Origin: Candidatus Minusculum obligatum
Lineage (GTDB): Bacteria > Patescibacteriota > Minisyncoccia > Phycocordibacterales > Phycocordibacteraceae
Direction of reading: 5' to 3'
NCBI GenBank assembly: GCA_045401155.1
Contig: CP174360.1
Coordinates: 310,769 to 374,768, forward strand
Length of the DNA stretch: 64,000 nt
Below, in pieces: positions 1-10,033 of the stretch. The translations under genes were made by a program, and so were the position numbers. The notes under the pieces are model-generated. The model made no database searches and was not told the origin of the DNA. It saw only the letters and a list, made by a program, of their open reading frames with translations. Position 1 is the first letter of the stretch, and the number at the start of each line of letters is the position of its first letter.

Positions 1-1
1 T

Positions 2-1609
2 GTCTCACCGTACGTAAAGCTAAAGAAAGCGGGGCGGTACTACAAAGGACTTTCTCCTTTTACCAAGGAGAAAACACCATCGTTCTTTGTATCTCCAGAT
101 CGGGGAACGTATCACTGCTTTTCAAGCAATCAGGGGGGGGACATCTTCACGTTCATTGAAAAGATGGAAGGAGTGGACTTTAAAGGTGCACTTAAGATTC
201 TTGCAGAGCGTGCTGGTGTAGAGATTGTCTATGAAGCACCCAAGAAAAAGGATGCGAGAGACAAACTCTATCAAGCAGTCGCTTTGGCTGAGCAGTTCTA
301 TAAAGAGCAGCTGCAGGGAAGTGCTCTTGCAAAGGAGTATGCCAAGAGTCGGAATATCACAGGAGAAACTGCACGCGATTGGGGGATTGGATATGCGCCA
401 GATGATTGGCGACAATTCCTCTCTTACGCTGAAGAGAAGGGAATAGATGTAAAAACTCTTCTTAGTGCGGGTCTCATAAAGGAGGCAGATGGCAAGAAAG
501 GAACGTATTACGATAGGTTTCGTAATCGCCTAATGTTTCCGATTCGTGATATTGCGGGGCGTGTGGTTGGATTTTCTGGCCGCACACTCGGCGATGATGC
601 TGCAAAGTACCTAAACTCACCTGAGACTGAGATCTACAAGAAATCAGAGCTCCTCTATGGTCTTGATATGGCAAAGCAGGAGATGCGATCTCGTGGTTAC
701 GTACTTGTGGTAGAGGGACAGATGGATTTGATTCTTGCGCATCAAGCAGGATTTACAAATACCATCGCACTCTCTGGTACCGCATTTACGCAGACGCAGA
801 TGAGTCTTGTGATGCGCTTTAGCAAGAATGTCATGCTCGCGCTTGATAGTGATAAGGCAGGTATAAGTTCTGCTGAGAAGTCAGCACTACTTGCGCTGTC
901 TCTTGGATGTAAGGTGAAGGTGGTACCGATGCCAGAGGGTGAAGATCCTGCTGACATTATTGGGAAAGATCCAAAGGTATTCACCGACATGGTGAAGAAG
1001 TCAGTGCACATTATTGATTTCTTAACCGCACACTATATCAAGAGTGCGCACGATACTCGGGCGGCACTGGCATTAGTTGAGGAGCACGTGCTCCCACTTG
1101 TGAAAGTGATTGTAAGTCCTATTGAGCGTGAACACTTTGTTAATGAGGTTGCGGAGATGCTTGGGGTATCAAATACCGCAGTATCTGAAGCACTTCAAAA
1201 TGTTAGTGTGACTCCTGTCGAAGTACAGGAAGTTAAAAAGGCAGTAGAGGAAACTCCTTCCGTTGATGTGTATATGGGTCGTCGCAGAATGGTGCTAAGT
1301 GCACTCCTAGGGGCGTATAAGGACCATGAGGCGATAGAAACTATTAAATGCACACTAGATGAGCTTGGAGGAGCTCTTCCGGTAGAGGAGAGGGTATACT
1401 TTGAAGTTGAAGAAGCATTTGGGGAATCTCCAAGTACTGAAGATATTGAAACGTACTGTACTGAATGTAAGAGAGAGCATGTAAAGAATGAACTTGCTTC
1501 ATATACGCACAAGATGCGTATTGCAGAGAAAGGAGGGGTTGAGAAGGATGTAGAGGAGTGTGCCAAAAAGGTACAAGAGCTCACCGAAATCCTTCGCACA
1601 TATTCATAA
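2..1609 (+). CDS. dnaG: DNA primase DnaG, 5'-truncated by window edge
   Basis: Frame is open from position 2. Zinc-finger-like stretch [24 protein letters not shown] motif [12 protein letters not shown]-terminal helicase-interaction region. Confidence 0.9.
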   Translation, partial: VSPYVKLKKAGRYYKGLSPFTKEKTPSFFVSPDRGTYHCFSSNQGGDIFTFIEKMEGVDFKGALKILAERAGVEIVYEAPKKKDARDKLYQAVALAEQFYKEQLQGSALAKEYAKSRNITGETARDWGIGYAPDDWRQFLSYAEEKGIDVKTLLSAGLIKEADGKKGTYYDRFRNRLMFPIRDIAGRVVGFSGRTLGDDAAKYLNSPETEIYKKSELLYGLDMAKQEMRSRGYVLVVEGQMDLILAHQAGFTNTIALSGTAFTQTQMSLVMRFSKNVMLALDSDKAGISSAEKSALLALSLGCKVKVVPMPEGEDPADIIGKDPKVFTDMVKKSVHIIDFLTAHYIKSAHDTRAALALVEEHVLPLVKVIVSPIEREHFVNEVAEMLGVSNTAVSEALQNVSVTPVEVQEVKKAVEETPSVDVYMGRRRMVLSALLGAYKDHEAIETIKCTLDELGGALPVEERVYFEVEEAFGESPSTEDIETYCTECKREHVKNELASYTHKMRIAEKGGVEKDVEECAKKVQELTEILRTYS

Positions 1610-2883
1610 TGGCAACAAAGAAAACAACAACTAAAAAAGTGACTAAGAAAGGCGTGACCAAAACGTCTAAGACGACTGCTGCGCGTAAGACAGCAACTAA
1701 AAAGACCGCACCAAAGAAAACTGCGGCAAAAAAGACGGTAACAAAAACTACCGCAAAGAAAGCGCCTGCCAAGAAAGCTGCACCAAAGAAAAAGGCAGTA
1801 ACAGGGAAAGTGAAGAAGATGCAGGAGCAGGCAGAGGCGCTTGTTGATAAGGGGCGTTCACGAGGATACGTTACCTACAGCGAAATTTTAAAAGAGTTCC
1901 CAGATATTGAAAAAAACATTCCATTTCTTGAGGAAATGTATGAGCGATTCAATACTGTTGGTGTTGATGTGCTTGAGGGAGGAGGAATGCTTGAAAATGA
2001 TGCGGATGAGTATCTGCAGAATCGAAATGTATATCGAAAGGGAGAAGGTGGAGGATATGACTCTATCCAGATCTACCTTCGAGAAATTGGACAGTACCCA
2101 CTCCTAAATGCGGCGCAGGAGCGTGATCTTGCGAAGCGTATTGTAGAGGGAGATGAGGAAGCTAAGCATATCCTTGCACGAAGTAACCTTCGTCTTGTAG
2201 TTTCTATTGCAAAGAAGTATGCAAATAGAAGTCCAGATCTTACACTTCTTGATCTTATTCAGGAGGGAAATATCGGACTGTATAAGGCAGTAGAGAAGTT
2301 TGACTATACAAAGGGGTATAAGTTCTCTACATATGCGACATGGTGGATTCGTCAGGCGATTACACGAGCGCTTGCTGATCAGTCACGAACTATTCGTATT
2401 CCTGTGCATATGGTTGAGACTATCGCTAAGTACAAGCAGGTCTCACGACGGCTCTCGCAGGCTCTAGGACGTGATCCTATGCCAGAGGAGATTGCAGTTG
2501 AGATGAATGTAGAGGTGGAGAAAATCTATCAGATTGAGAAGATCAACCAGGATACACTTTCTCTTGAGAACCCAGTTGGTTCAGATGATGATGAGAAGTC
2601 TACACTTGGAGACTTTATCGCAGATGATCGTATGCCAACTCCAGATCAGGATACTTCAGAGCGCATTCTTTCAGAGCAGCTTGAAGATATTCTTGATGAC
2701 CTATCAGATAAGGAGCGTAAGATTCTTGAGATGCGTCATGGACTTCTAGATGGTGTGTACCACACACTTGAAGAGGTTGGAAAAGAGTTTGGTGTTACGC
2801 GAGAGCGTATTCGTCAGATTGAAGCAAAGGCTCTTGAGAAGATTCGATCTCATGAGAAGGCTCGACGATTGAAGAGCTACTAA
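1609..2883 (+). CDS. rpoD: RNA polymerase sigma-70 factor RpoD with N-terminal K/A/T-rich histone-H1-like tail
   Basis: Conserved regions 2-4: [34 protein letters not shown]. Start chosen at MATKK (1609) rather than ORF-track 1558, because 1558 would overlap dnaG. Confidence 0.9.
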   Translation: MATKKTTTKKVTKKGVTKTSKTTAARKTATKKTAPKKTAAKKTVTKTTAKKAPAKKAAPKKKAVTGKVKKMQEQAEALVDKGRSRGYVTYSEILKEFPDIEKNIPFLEEMYERFNTVGVDVLEGGGMLENDADEYLQNRNVYRKGEGGGYDSIQIYLREIGQYPLLNAAQERDLAKRIVEGDEEAKHILARSNLRLVVSIAKKYANRSPDLTLLDLIQEGNIGLYKAVEKFDYTKGYKFSTYATWWIRQAITRALADQSRTIRIPVHMVETIAKYKQVSRRLSQALGRDPMPEEIAVEMNVEVEKIYQIEKINQDTLSLENPVGSDDDEKSTLGDFIADDRMPTPDQDTSERILSEQLEDILDDLSDKERKILEMRHGLLDGVYHTLEEVGKEFGVTRERIRQIEAKALEKIRSHEKARRLKSY

Positions 2884-2884
2884 C

Positions 2885-2918
2885 AAAAAGCCCCGCATGA
2901 GCGGGGCTTTTTGTTTTG
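2885..2918. terminator. Bidirectional rho-independent terminator
   Basis: aaaaagccccgc-atga-gcggggcttttt hairpin between convergent rpoD and a transporter gene. Confidence 0.8.
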
Positions 2919-2920
2919 TC

Positions 2921-4291
2921 TTAGTGACTTTCTACCATTTCTTGTTGAGGTGTGTGTGGTGATGCTTCTACGTACTCTGGTGTGAAGAGCGCGTATTGTC
3001 CAACCCATACTGCGATAGCAAGGAAGTATCCCACAAGTACAGGAGTGAATGCATACCGTGCATATTTACCAAAGGTAAGCTCTGGTACCATTCCTGCAGC
3101 AATAACTCCAGCCACAGATCCCACAAGAAGAAGAGATCCTCCTGTTCCTACCGTCACGGCAGTAAGCGCCCACAATGCAGGATTTTCAATGTGGATCAGG
3201 TCAATCGCAAGAGCGGTAAGTGGCACGTTATCAACGATAGCTGAGAGTAGTCCCATTACTGAGCTTCCAATTCCAAGGCGCATGATGCTTGGTGCTTCTC
3301 CAAACACAAGAAGAGATAGTGCATCAAGCAGCCCAAGTGCTCCAAGAGCTGAAACTGAGAGCAAGATTCCGATAAAGAACTTAATTGAAGCGATATCTGT
3401 TTTTTGCACAAGGCGCTCTAGGTTTGTTTGCTTTGTCTCAAAGTCTTGTTTTGAGTGGTGCTTAAAGTATTCAATAAACAGCCATGTGACTCCAAGACCA
3501 AAGAGAAGCCCTAGGTACGGAGGAAGGTGCGCTAGGTGGAAGATAACCGGTAGTGTAAAGCTTCCAAAAGCAAGAGTAATAACCGTCTTCTCTGGAGCAC
3601 ATAGGCGCACCTCTTCGCACTTTTCATTTCCACCACGATTTTTAGATAGGTGGTTACCAATCAAGAATGTTGCAACAAGTCCCATCGCAAGAGATGGAAG
3701 GAATCCCCAAGAGATAATCTGAATCGCTGAGAATTTATCAGCAAGCCACAGCATGATTGTTGTAACGTCTCCAATAGGACTCCATGCTCCACCAGCATTT
3801 GCCAGAATTACAATTCCGGTTACGGCAATAAGTAGACGCTCTTCAGCAAAGAATCGTCGTGCGATCTGCACCATAATGATCGTAACTGTCAGGTTATCGA
3901 GTACTGCAGAGAAAAAGAATGTAAGCGCTGCAATAAGGAAGAACTGTCCTCGGTCTCCGAGTCCCAGTTGTGTAATTTTTGCACGTACCACATCAAAGAA
4001 GCGGTAGTGGATCAAAACCTCAACCAGTGTCATTGCAGCAAGCAAGAAGGTGATAAGACCAAAGATCTCAGCACCGGCATGATTTAGAAGCTCTGTAATT
4101 GTATTCGAGTTAAGCCCAGAAAATGCAACGGTGGTCCAAAGGAGCGCCGCCATAAGGAGGGCAATACCAGACTTGTGAGTCTTTACGGTATGCTCAAGTG
4201 TAATAAATAGGTATCCAGCAATGAAAATCGCAACGGCAATAACTGAAAGGGATAACATAGTTGTTTTGTTAGAAAAATAAAGCACCGGCAA
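2921..4291 (-). CDS. Ion transporter of the ArsB/NhaD/CitMHS permease superfamily
   Basis: 456 aa, about 12 TM helices, duplicated-halves architecture typical of NhaD/ArsB permeases. Start may be the internal Met at 4258. Confidence 0.6.
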   Translation of the reverse strand: MPVLYFSNKTTMLSLSVIAVAIFIAGYLFITLEHTVKTHKSGIALLMAALLWTTVAFSGLNSNTITELLNHAGAEIFGLITFLLAAMTLVEVLIHYRFFDVVRAKITQLGLGDRGQFFLIAALTFFFSAVLDNLTVTIIMVQIARRFFAEERLLIAVTGIVILANAGGAWSPIGDVTTIMLWLADKFSAIQIISWGFLPSLAMGLVATFLIGNHLSKNRGGNEKCEEVRLCAPEKTVITLAFGSFTLPVIFHLAHLPPYLGLLFGLGVTWLFIEYFKHHSKQDFETKQTNLERLVQKTDIASIKFFIGILLSVSALGALGLLDALSLLVFGEAPSIMRLGIGSSVMGLLSAIVDNVPLTALAIDLIHIENPALWALTAVTVGTGGSLLLVGSVAGVIAAGMVPELTFGKYARYAFTPVLVGYFLAIAVWVGQYALFTPEYVEASPHTPQQEMVESH

Positions 4292-4380
4292 CCTCGCCGG
4301 AGTAATGAGGAAGATATCACATTTTTAGGCAAATAAAAGCGTTTTTGCACCTTCTGTGTACACGGTATACTGGGGTATAT

Positions 4381-7245
4381 ATGAATGCGTTTGAAGAGGC
4401 ATATGGGCGGTTAAATGAAGCTCAGAAAGAAGCGGTAGATACGATAGATGGACCCGTGATGGTTATCGCAGGTCCCGGGACAGGAAAGACCCAGATTCTA
4501 ACGCTTCGCATCGCAAATATTCTAAAGCAAACAGACACGCCAGCTTCTGCAATTTTGGCGCTTACCTATACAGAGGCGGGAGTGTCCGCTATGCGTGAGC
4601 GGCTTGCTTCTTTTATCGGCGGGGAAGCATATGCCGTTCGTATTCACACGTACCACTCATTTGCAGAGAGTTTGATTAGTGAGTATGGATCATACCTTCC
4701 ACGGCTTCGAGATGGGGTGTTGGTAGATGATGTAGATCAACGAGAAGTGCTAGAGCGAGCTTTTGATAGCGTGTCCGTACCGCTACTTACTACTCGTGCA
4801 AATCCATATCGTGCACTTTCTGAAGTGTCTCGATTTATAGATGAGGCAAAGCGAGAGCTTTACACGCCAGAGAAGTTGCGGGAAGAATATAAAGAAGATG
4901 AGGTGCGCATTAAGTCTCAAGGAGATTTTGTACATGAGAAGGGTGCACATAAAGGAAAGATAAAAGGTGAGTATGTGAAAGCGCTACAAAAGATTGAGAA
5001 AAATCTTCAGGCCACTGATGTGTTTGAGGCGTATGAAAAGATTTTACAAAAGGAGCAAAAGTATGATTTTCAAGATTTGTTGCTCGATGTGGTTTCTGCG
5101 CTTAAAGAGCATGAGGAGTTTAAGTTAATGCTTCAAGAGAGTTTCCATTATTTCCTTGCAGATGAGCATCAGGATGCCAATGCTACGCAGAATGAAATCT
5201 TGCTCTTACTTTCAGATTTCCATGAGAATCCAAATGTGTTTGTAGTGGGGGATGAGAAGCAGGCTATCTATCGGTTCCAGGGGGCAGACCTCGATACGTT
5301 TTTAACACTCAAGGAGCGGTATCCAGAATCAAAAGTTATTTTGCTTGATACTAATTACCGCTCTTCTCAAGAGGTGCTGGATGCAGCTCATACACTTATT
5401 GGGAAGGCTCCGATTCCAGATCCTTCTTTGCGGAAAGAGCTTACAGCGCACCATGGAAATAATGTAAAAGTTTCTTTGCTTGCTGCAGAAGATTATGAAA
5501 AAGAAATAAATGCAGTCATTTCATATATACAGGACAAGGTGGATTCAGGAGTTGCACTCGAGGATATAGCTGTGCTTGTTCGAAATAATAAGGATGCATT
5601 TCCTATTGCTAATGCGTGCTTTAGAGCGGGTATTCCATATGCGCTTCGAGCAAAAGAAAATGCGCTAGAGCACGCATTTTCTAAACTGTATATTCATCTT
5701 CTAAAGGGCATATGGGATTTTGATCCTGTATCACTTAGTCGAGCATTGTTTATTCCAGGAATCGTAGAGGATGCAACAGAGCGCCTTAGGGTGATTGAGG
5801 TACTGCGTAATAAAGAAGATCATGAGACTGTAGGGGTATTTAAAGAGTTGCATGAAGAAGTACATGCGCTTCCTGCAGTTAGGGCGATTCCACACATTCT
5901 TTCTAAATGTAATGTTATTTCAGGAGTCGCGTCTCGCTTTGATGCTGCAGAGCTCTATGTAGTGCTTGAGGCGCTGCTATCTGACATGGAGAAGTTCTCT
6001 GCGCTTCATCCTGGGGCGGATATCGGAGAGTATTTAGATCGACTTACACGCATTCAAAAGCATGAGCTATCAGTTGTTTCTTCAAAGAAGAAAACCACGG
6101 GTGTACAGATTCTAACTGCACATAGTGCAAAGGGTCTTGAGTTTCCATATGTTGTCATCCCATTTGCGACAGATCGCAGGTATGGAAGCAAGCGAGCAAG
6201 TGAATTATCCATTCCAGGATCATTTGAGGCAGAAGAGCATGATGAGCGGCGCCTTTTGTATGTGGCGCTTACGCGAGCAGAAAAAGAGGCGTGTATTACA
6301 TATGCAAAGAAAAATAGTATGGGGCGCAGTGAGACACCGTCTCGATTTATTTACGACATGGAGGAGCTGCTAGAAGATATGAATGTAAAAGAGATTAATC
6401 TGCCACTTCTTGCGGAAGAAAAAGAAATATCTCTTATTGATCCAGAGTTTATAAAAGAAAGACTACTTACACTTGGACTATCTGCTACAGCGTATGGAAA
6501 TTACAAAGCATCTCCATGGAAGTATTTCTTTAGGAATTTAATAAGATTGCCGGAAGGGAAGACAATCCCACTTATTTACGGGTCAGCAATTCATAGGGCA
6601 CTTGAGGAGGCAGGGAAACAAGCATTTAAAGGAGAAGAAATTTCTATTCCTGCAGTACTTTCTGTATTTGAAAATGAAATGCAAAAAGCTCCACTTACAG
6701 AGAAAGAAAAAGAAGAGCACATTCCTTCTGGAAAAGAGCTGCTTGAGGAGTATTTGGGGCAGGCAAGTTTTGCAAAAGAAGGTGCAGTTGAGTTTAGCGT
6801 GTCCGTGCCATTTGAAGTGCCAGGAGTAGGAGAAGTTTTGTTAAAGGGAAATCTAGATCGTATTGATGTAGTAGATGGTGGTGTCGTGGTGCTTGATTAT
6901 AAGACTGGCGCGCCAAAGAGTGAGAATCAGATACGAGGATTAACTGCAGAGGCGGATCCTTCATATTACGTGCAGCTTATGTTCTATGCACTTCTTCTAA
7001 AGCACGATCCACAAAAGCGCTATCACATGAAAGAAGGTGTACTTGAGTTTGTAGAGAAGAATCAGACAGGGAAGTATGTGTCTCGACGATTTGTGATTGA
7101 TGAGAAGGAGCTAGAGGAGTTTGAGGAAGAGTTAAAGAAAGATATTGCTGATATAGCAAACGGCGCACTAATAAGTGCGCCGCCAGCTGATGAGTATCTC
7201 GAATTAATTGAGATGCTTATGAAGAAGAAAGAATCTGATCAATAA
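4381..7245 (+). CDS. UvrD/PcrA-like helicase fused to C-terminal RecB-family PD-(D/E)xK nuclease (AddA-like)
   Basis: Walker A VIAGPGTGKTQ, DExx LADEHQD, helicase motifs VGDEKQAIYRFQGA and LTRAEKE. C-terminus carries GNLDRIDVVDGGVVVLDYKTG and YYVQLMFY (nuclease motifs). Start at MNAFEE preferred over ORF-track 4345. Confidence 0.8.
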   Translation: MNAFEEAYGRLNEAQKEAVDTIDGPVMVIAGPGTGKTQILTLRIANILKQTDTPASAILALTYTEAGVSAMRERLASFIGGEAYAVRIHTYHSFAESLISEYGSYLPRLRDGVLVDDVDQREVLERAFDSVSVPLLTTRANPYRALSEVSRFIDEAKRELYTPEKLREEYKEDEVRIKSQGDFVHEKGAHKGKIKGEYVKALQKIEKNLQATDVFEAYEKILQKEQKYDFQDLLLDVVSALKEHEEFKLMLQESFHYFLADEHQDANATQNEILLLLSDFHENPNVFVVGDEKQAIYRFQGADLDTFLTLKERYPESKVILLDTNYRSSQEVLDAAHTLIGKAPIPDPSLRKELTAHHGNNVKVSLLAAEDYEKEINAVISYIQDKVDSGVALEDIAVLVRNNKDAFPIANACFRAGIPYALRAKENALEHAFSKLYIHLLKGIWDFDPVSLSRALFIPGIVEDATERLRVIEVLRNKEDHETVGVFKELHEEVHALPAVRAIPHILSKCNVISGVASRFDAAELYVVLEALLSDMEKFSALHPGADIGEYLDRLTRIQKHELSVVSSKKKTTGVQILTAHSAKGLEFPYVVIPFATDRRYGSKRASELSIPGSFEAEEHDERRLLYVALTRAEKEACITYAKKNSMGRSETPSRFIYDMEELLEDMNVKEINLPLLAEEKEISLIDPEFIKERLLTLGLSATAYGNYKASPWKYFFRNLIRLPEGKTIPLIYGSAIHRALEEAGKQAFKGEEISIPAVLSVFENEMQKAPLTEKEKEEHIPSGKELLEEYLGQASFAKEGAVEFSVSVPFEVPGVGEVLLKGNLDRIDVVDGGVVVLDYKTGAPKSENQIRGLTAEADPSYYVQLMFYALLLKHDPQKRYHMKEGVLEFVEKNQTGKYVSRRFVIDEKELEEFEEELKKDIADIANGALISAPPADEYLELIEMLMKKKESDQ

Positions 7246-7906
7246 CTCCTTTCATTTGCTCATATGGTAGAGCGCTTGAGAAGCTTGCAGGATCCTGCCC
7301 TTCTACAAGAACAATGTTAAATGGTGTTCCTGTAGCTCCTGCTGCGATAGCAGTGTTAAACGACTCTTCAATTTTAGTCATAAGAGATCCGTCAGCAATA
7401 CATGCTTCAAAAGCCTGTGTATCTAGACCAATTTCCGCTGCGAACTCACTATATCGAGAAGGATCAGTTTGTTGATTTCCTGGGGCGTTCTCTAGCATAA
7501 CGTCAATGATGCTCCAGAATGACTCATTTCCTCCAACTTCTGCTGCACACTCAGCTGCTAGTGCGTGTCGTGCTGCGTTTGGATGAATGCTTGTAAGAGG
7601 GAAGTGTCGGTACACCCACGCCACGTCTCCAGATGGACCATATTCATCAATAATTTGCTTCATGGTCTCATGGAAGTTCTTACAGAATGGACAATCAATA
7701 TCTGAGTATTCAATGATTGTGATCTTTGCATTAGGGCTCCCAAGGATGTGATCATCCTCAGTTACAGGAAGCGCCACTGTTACATCAGCCTCCTGTTGAT
7801 TTTGAGGTGCAGATGGTGCATTTGAGCTATAAAATACCGCGCCAGCAATCAGAAGTCCTGCCACTACGATCGCTCCGGGAATTGCAATTTTTGCCATATC
7901 AATCAA
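7217..7906 (-). CDS. DsbA-like thiol:disulfide oxidoreductase, membrane-anchored
   Basis: N-terminal TM helix, CPFC active site, thioredoxin fold. Paralogous to 14882..15538 and 39255..39980. Confidence 0.8.
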   Translation of the reverse strand: MIDMAKIAIPGAIVVAGLLIAGAVFYSSNAPSAPQNQQEADVTVALPVTEDDHILGSPNAKITIIEYSDIDCPFCKNFHETMKQIIDEYGPSGDVAWVYRHFPLTSIHPNAARHALAAECAAEVGGNESFWSIIDVMLENAPGNQQTDPSRYSEFAAEIGLDTQAFEACIADGSLMTKIEESFNTAIAAGATGTPFNIVLVEGQDPASFSSALPYEQMKGVIDQILSSS

Positions 7907-7938
7907 TATTATCGTGCTATTATAGCCGTCAGTATATC

Positions 7939-8748
7939 ATGGAAGTTTTAGTTGCCATTATTCTCGGAATCGTGCAGGGATTGACTGAATTCCTACCTAT
8001 TTCATCTACCGGACACCTTGTTTTAGTACAGGAGTTTTTGGGTGTGGCAGATGTATACGGACTTTCATTTGATGCAATTTTGCACTTAGCTACCGCACTT
8101 GCGGTAGGAATCTATTTCTTTAAGGATTTTTTACGTATCGCGTATGCGTTTTTGTATCGCATTACAGGGCGTCCAGTAAACAAAGAAGATGAGAAGCTTT
8201 TGTGGCTTCTTGTGGTTGGTACGATTCCAGCTGCAGTTCTAGGATTCTTCCTAGAAGGGTATATGGAAACTGTGTTTAGAAGCGCAATCCTTGTTGCGTG
8301 GACACTTATTGTTGGTGCGCTCGTATTTCTTGCTGCGGAGTGGTTCTCTAAGCGATATATGGAGAAGGAAGAAGTACCAACCTTTGCGAAAGCAATTGGT
8401 ATTGGATTCTTTCAAGCGCTTGCGCTTATTCCGGGAATGAGTCGCTCAGGGATGACTATCTCAGGAGGGCTTTTCTTGGGTCTTTCTCGAGAAGCTGCAG
8501 CACGATTTGGATTTATGCTTTCACTTCCAATTATTTTAGGATCAGGAGGGAAGAAGTTTCTAGAACTACTTAATGCAGGAGCATTTGATACAGGAGCAAC
8601 AGCTATTATTTGGGGAAGTATTGCCGCATTTGTAAGTGGTCTTATTGCAATTCATTTCCTTCTAAGGTTTGTAAAGAATCATTCACTTACTGTATTCGCA
8701 GTGTATAGAATTATTTTGGCGGTAATTGTGTTGTGGTGGTTTGTTTGA
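7939..8748 (+). CDS. uppP: Undecaprenyl-diphosphatase UppP/BacA
   Basis: MEVLVAIILGIVQGLTEFLPISSTGHL and the SRSG motif. Start at 7939 rather than ORF-track 7807. Confidence 0.9.
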   Translation: MEVLVAIILGIVQGLTEFLPISSTGHLVLVQEFLGVADVYGLSFDAILHLATALAVGIYFFKDFLRIAYAFLYRITGRPVNKEDEKLLWLLVVGTIPAAVLGFFLEGYMETVFRSAILVAWTLIVGALVFLAAEWFSKRYMEKEEVPTFAKAIGIGFFQALALIPGMSRSGMTISGGLFLGLSREAAARFGFMLSLPIILGSGGKKFLELLNAGAFDTGATAIIWGSIAAFVSGLIAIHFLLRFVKNHSLTVFAVYRIILAVIVLWWFV

Positions 8749-8824
8749 CAAATACACAATAATTGTGGTATTTTATTGCGGGTTTTGACCCTTCACATTA
8801 ACATTGAAATGGGAGATTTCAATC

Positions 8825-9394
8825 ATGAGCAATGCTCAACAGGCAACTGTTCTGGACCAGATGCAGGCTGAACTGGCGGGGATCGATCTCGGTAACTACG
8901 AGATCAATCCGATGGAAGACGAGGGGTTCGATTCGAACCGCATGATTCACGTCGGTCCGGCGCCCGATCAGGTCAAGCGCCTGATCGTGTTGCGGTATCT
9001 TCTCGAGAAGCAACTCGACCAGGAAAAACGCTTTGGCCACAATGCGGTCGAGGTGTTGCGCAATCTCGGTGGCGACGTTGTCGCGACCGTTCGTGCGGTC
9101 AGGGCTATGAAAGATTTCACGGAAATCGATGAAGCTCTCCAGAACATTGCCGACGCGAACGAGCGGATCAATACGCTCTCGCGTAAGCTCGAGCTTCTGA
9201 ACATCCTGACCCAGGAAGAACTTTCTTGCCATTTCGGCGACAAGATTTCCCGGGTCAAGTTTCAGGGCGGTGAAGCCGCCCTCATGGTGATCCTGTCCGA
9301 CTGGACGGTCGCGACGATGAAGGATGCTGAACGCATTTTCGGTCGTCCTGCCGACGGCTTCATGGAAATGCTTCACGAGGCCATGGGCGGCTAG
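8825..9394 (+). CDS. Hypothetical protein encoded in GC-rich island 1 (foreign codon usage)
   Basis: RBS GGGAG 7 nt upstream of ATG 8825. About 57% GC with high GC3, against about 42% in flanks. Own GC-rich terminator. No family recognised. Confidence 0.6.
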   Translation: MSNAQQATVLDQMQAELAGIDLGNYEINPMEDEGFDSNRMIHVGPAPDQVKRLIVLRYLLEKQLDQEKRFGHNAVEVLRNLGGDVVATVRAVRAMKDFTEIDEALQNIADANERINTLSRKLELLNILTQEELSCHFGDKISRVKFQGGEAALMVILSDWTVATMKDAERIFGRPADGFMEMLHEAMGG

Positions 9395-9417
9395 GCGACC
9401 CACGTCGTCTCCAGAAC

Positions 9418-9458
9418 AAAAAGGTCCCACCAAGTCAGTCTTGGTGGGACCTTTTCTT
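9418..9458. terminator. Rho-independent terminator
   Basis: ggtcccaccaag-tcagt-cttggtgggacc followed by tttt. Confidence 0.8.
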
Positions 9459-10033
9459 TATAGTCCCAGAGTTTGCGTCACCGCGCCTCCATCAGCTTCT
9501 TCCCATGCAGATGTATCAATTTTAATATCCTTAATTTCATTAAGATCTTTCCACTTAATGATCTTATTCTCTTTAGCGTATTCAAAAATATCTTTTGTTA
9601 CTTTTACGTCTTGAAGACAGTACTCACGTACCTTGTCTACTTTTCCTTGCTGCCACCACTCAATAGCTTTAAGCCCATCAGCGCTCTTTCCTTCGCCAAG
9701 CGTTGCTTCAGCTAGGTTGTTGAGACGAATACGTCGTCCAAGAGACCGATGCACATCCTTAAGGAGGTCAATACTTTTAATGCTTGTTAAGTCTCCCGGA
9801 TAGTATTTATTGAGTAGGGGGATATCAAAGGTGTCTGAGTTAAACCCAACGATTGCGTCTGTTGCCTCAAGAAGCGGCCAGAAGTTCTGAAGTTCTTCCA
9901 CAGTGTAGCTGGTGTACTCATCAGTATTGCTGTCATATACGCCCAAGATCGCAATATCAAGCTCTGTTACGTTCTTCTCATTAATATACGGAAGCGTGTC
10001 CGTAGTTTCTATATCAAATACTATGTATCTCAT
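9458..10033 (-). CDS. DEDD-family 3'-5' exonuclease (DnaQ/oligoribonuclease-like)
   Basis: Exo I FDIETT, Exo II GFNSDTFDIPLL, Exo III YCLQD. 4-bp overlap with hisS. Confidence 0.75.
   Translation of the reverse strand: MRYIVFDIETTDTLPYINEKNVTELDIAILGVYDSNTDEYTSYTVEELQNFWPLLEATDAIVGFNSDTFDIPLLNKYYPGDLTSIKSIDLLKDVHRSLGRRIRLNNLAEATLGEGKSADGLKAIEWWQQGKVDKVREYCLQDVKVTKDIFEYAKENKIIKWKDLNEIKDIKIDTSAWEEADGGAVTQTLGL

Noticed and set aside
1581-1772. Minus-strand ORF inside the rpoD K/A/T-rich tail
   Set aside because: Low-complexity antisense artefact (poly-F/V from an AAA/ACA-rich sense strand).
1620-1800. Short periodic AAGAAA/ACAAA motifs reminiscent of a repeat array
   Set aside because: They encode the Lys/Thr/Ala-rich tail of RpoD. 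It is neither CRISPR nor a tandem DNA repeat with spacers.
2952-3722. 256-aa plus-strand ORF
   Set aside because: Fully antisense to the transporter gene and Arg/Ser/Pro-rich, typical of a shadow ORF.
8819-9433. 204-aa ORF antisense to the island-1 gene
   Set aside because: It overlaps the better-supported plus-strand ORF, which has an RBS and a terminator, throughout. Long antisense ORFs are expected in GC-rich DNA.
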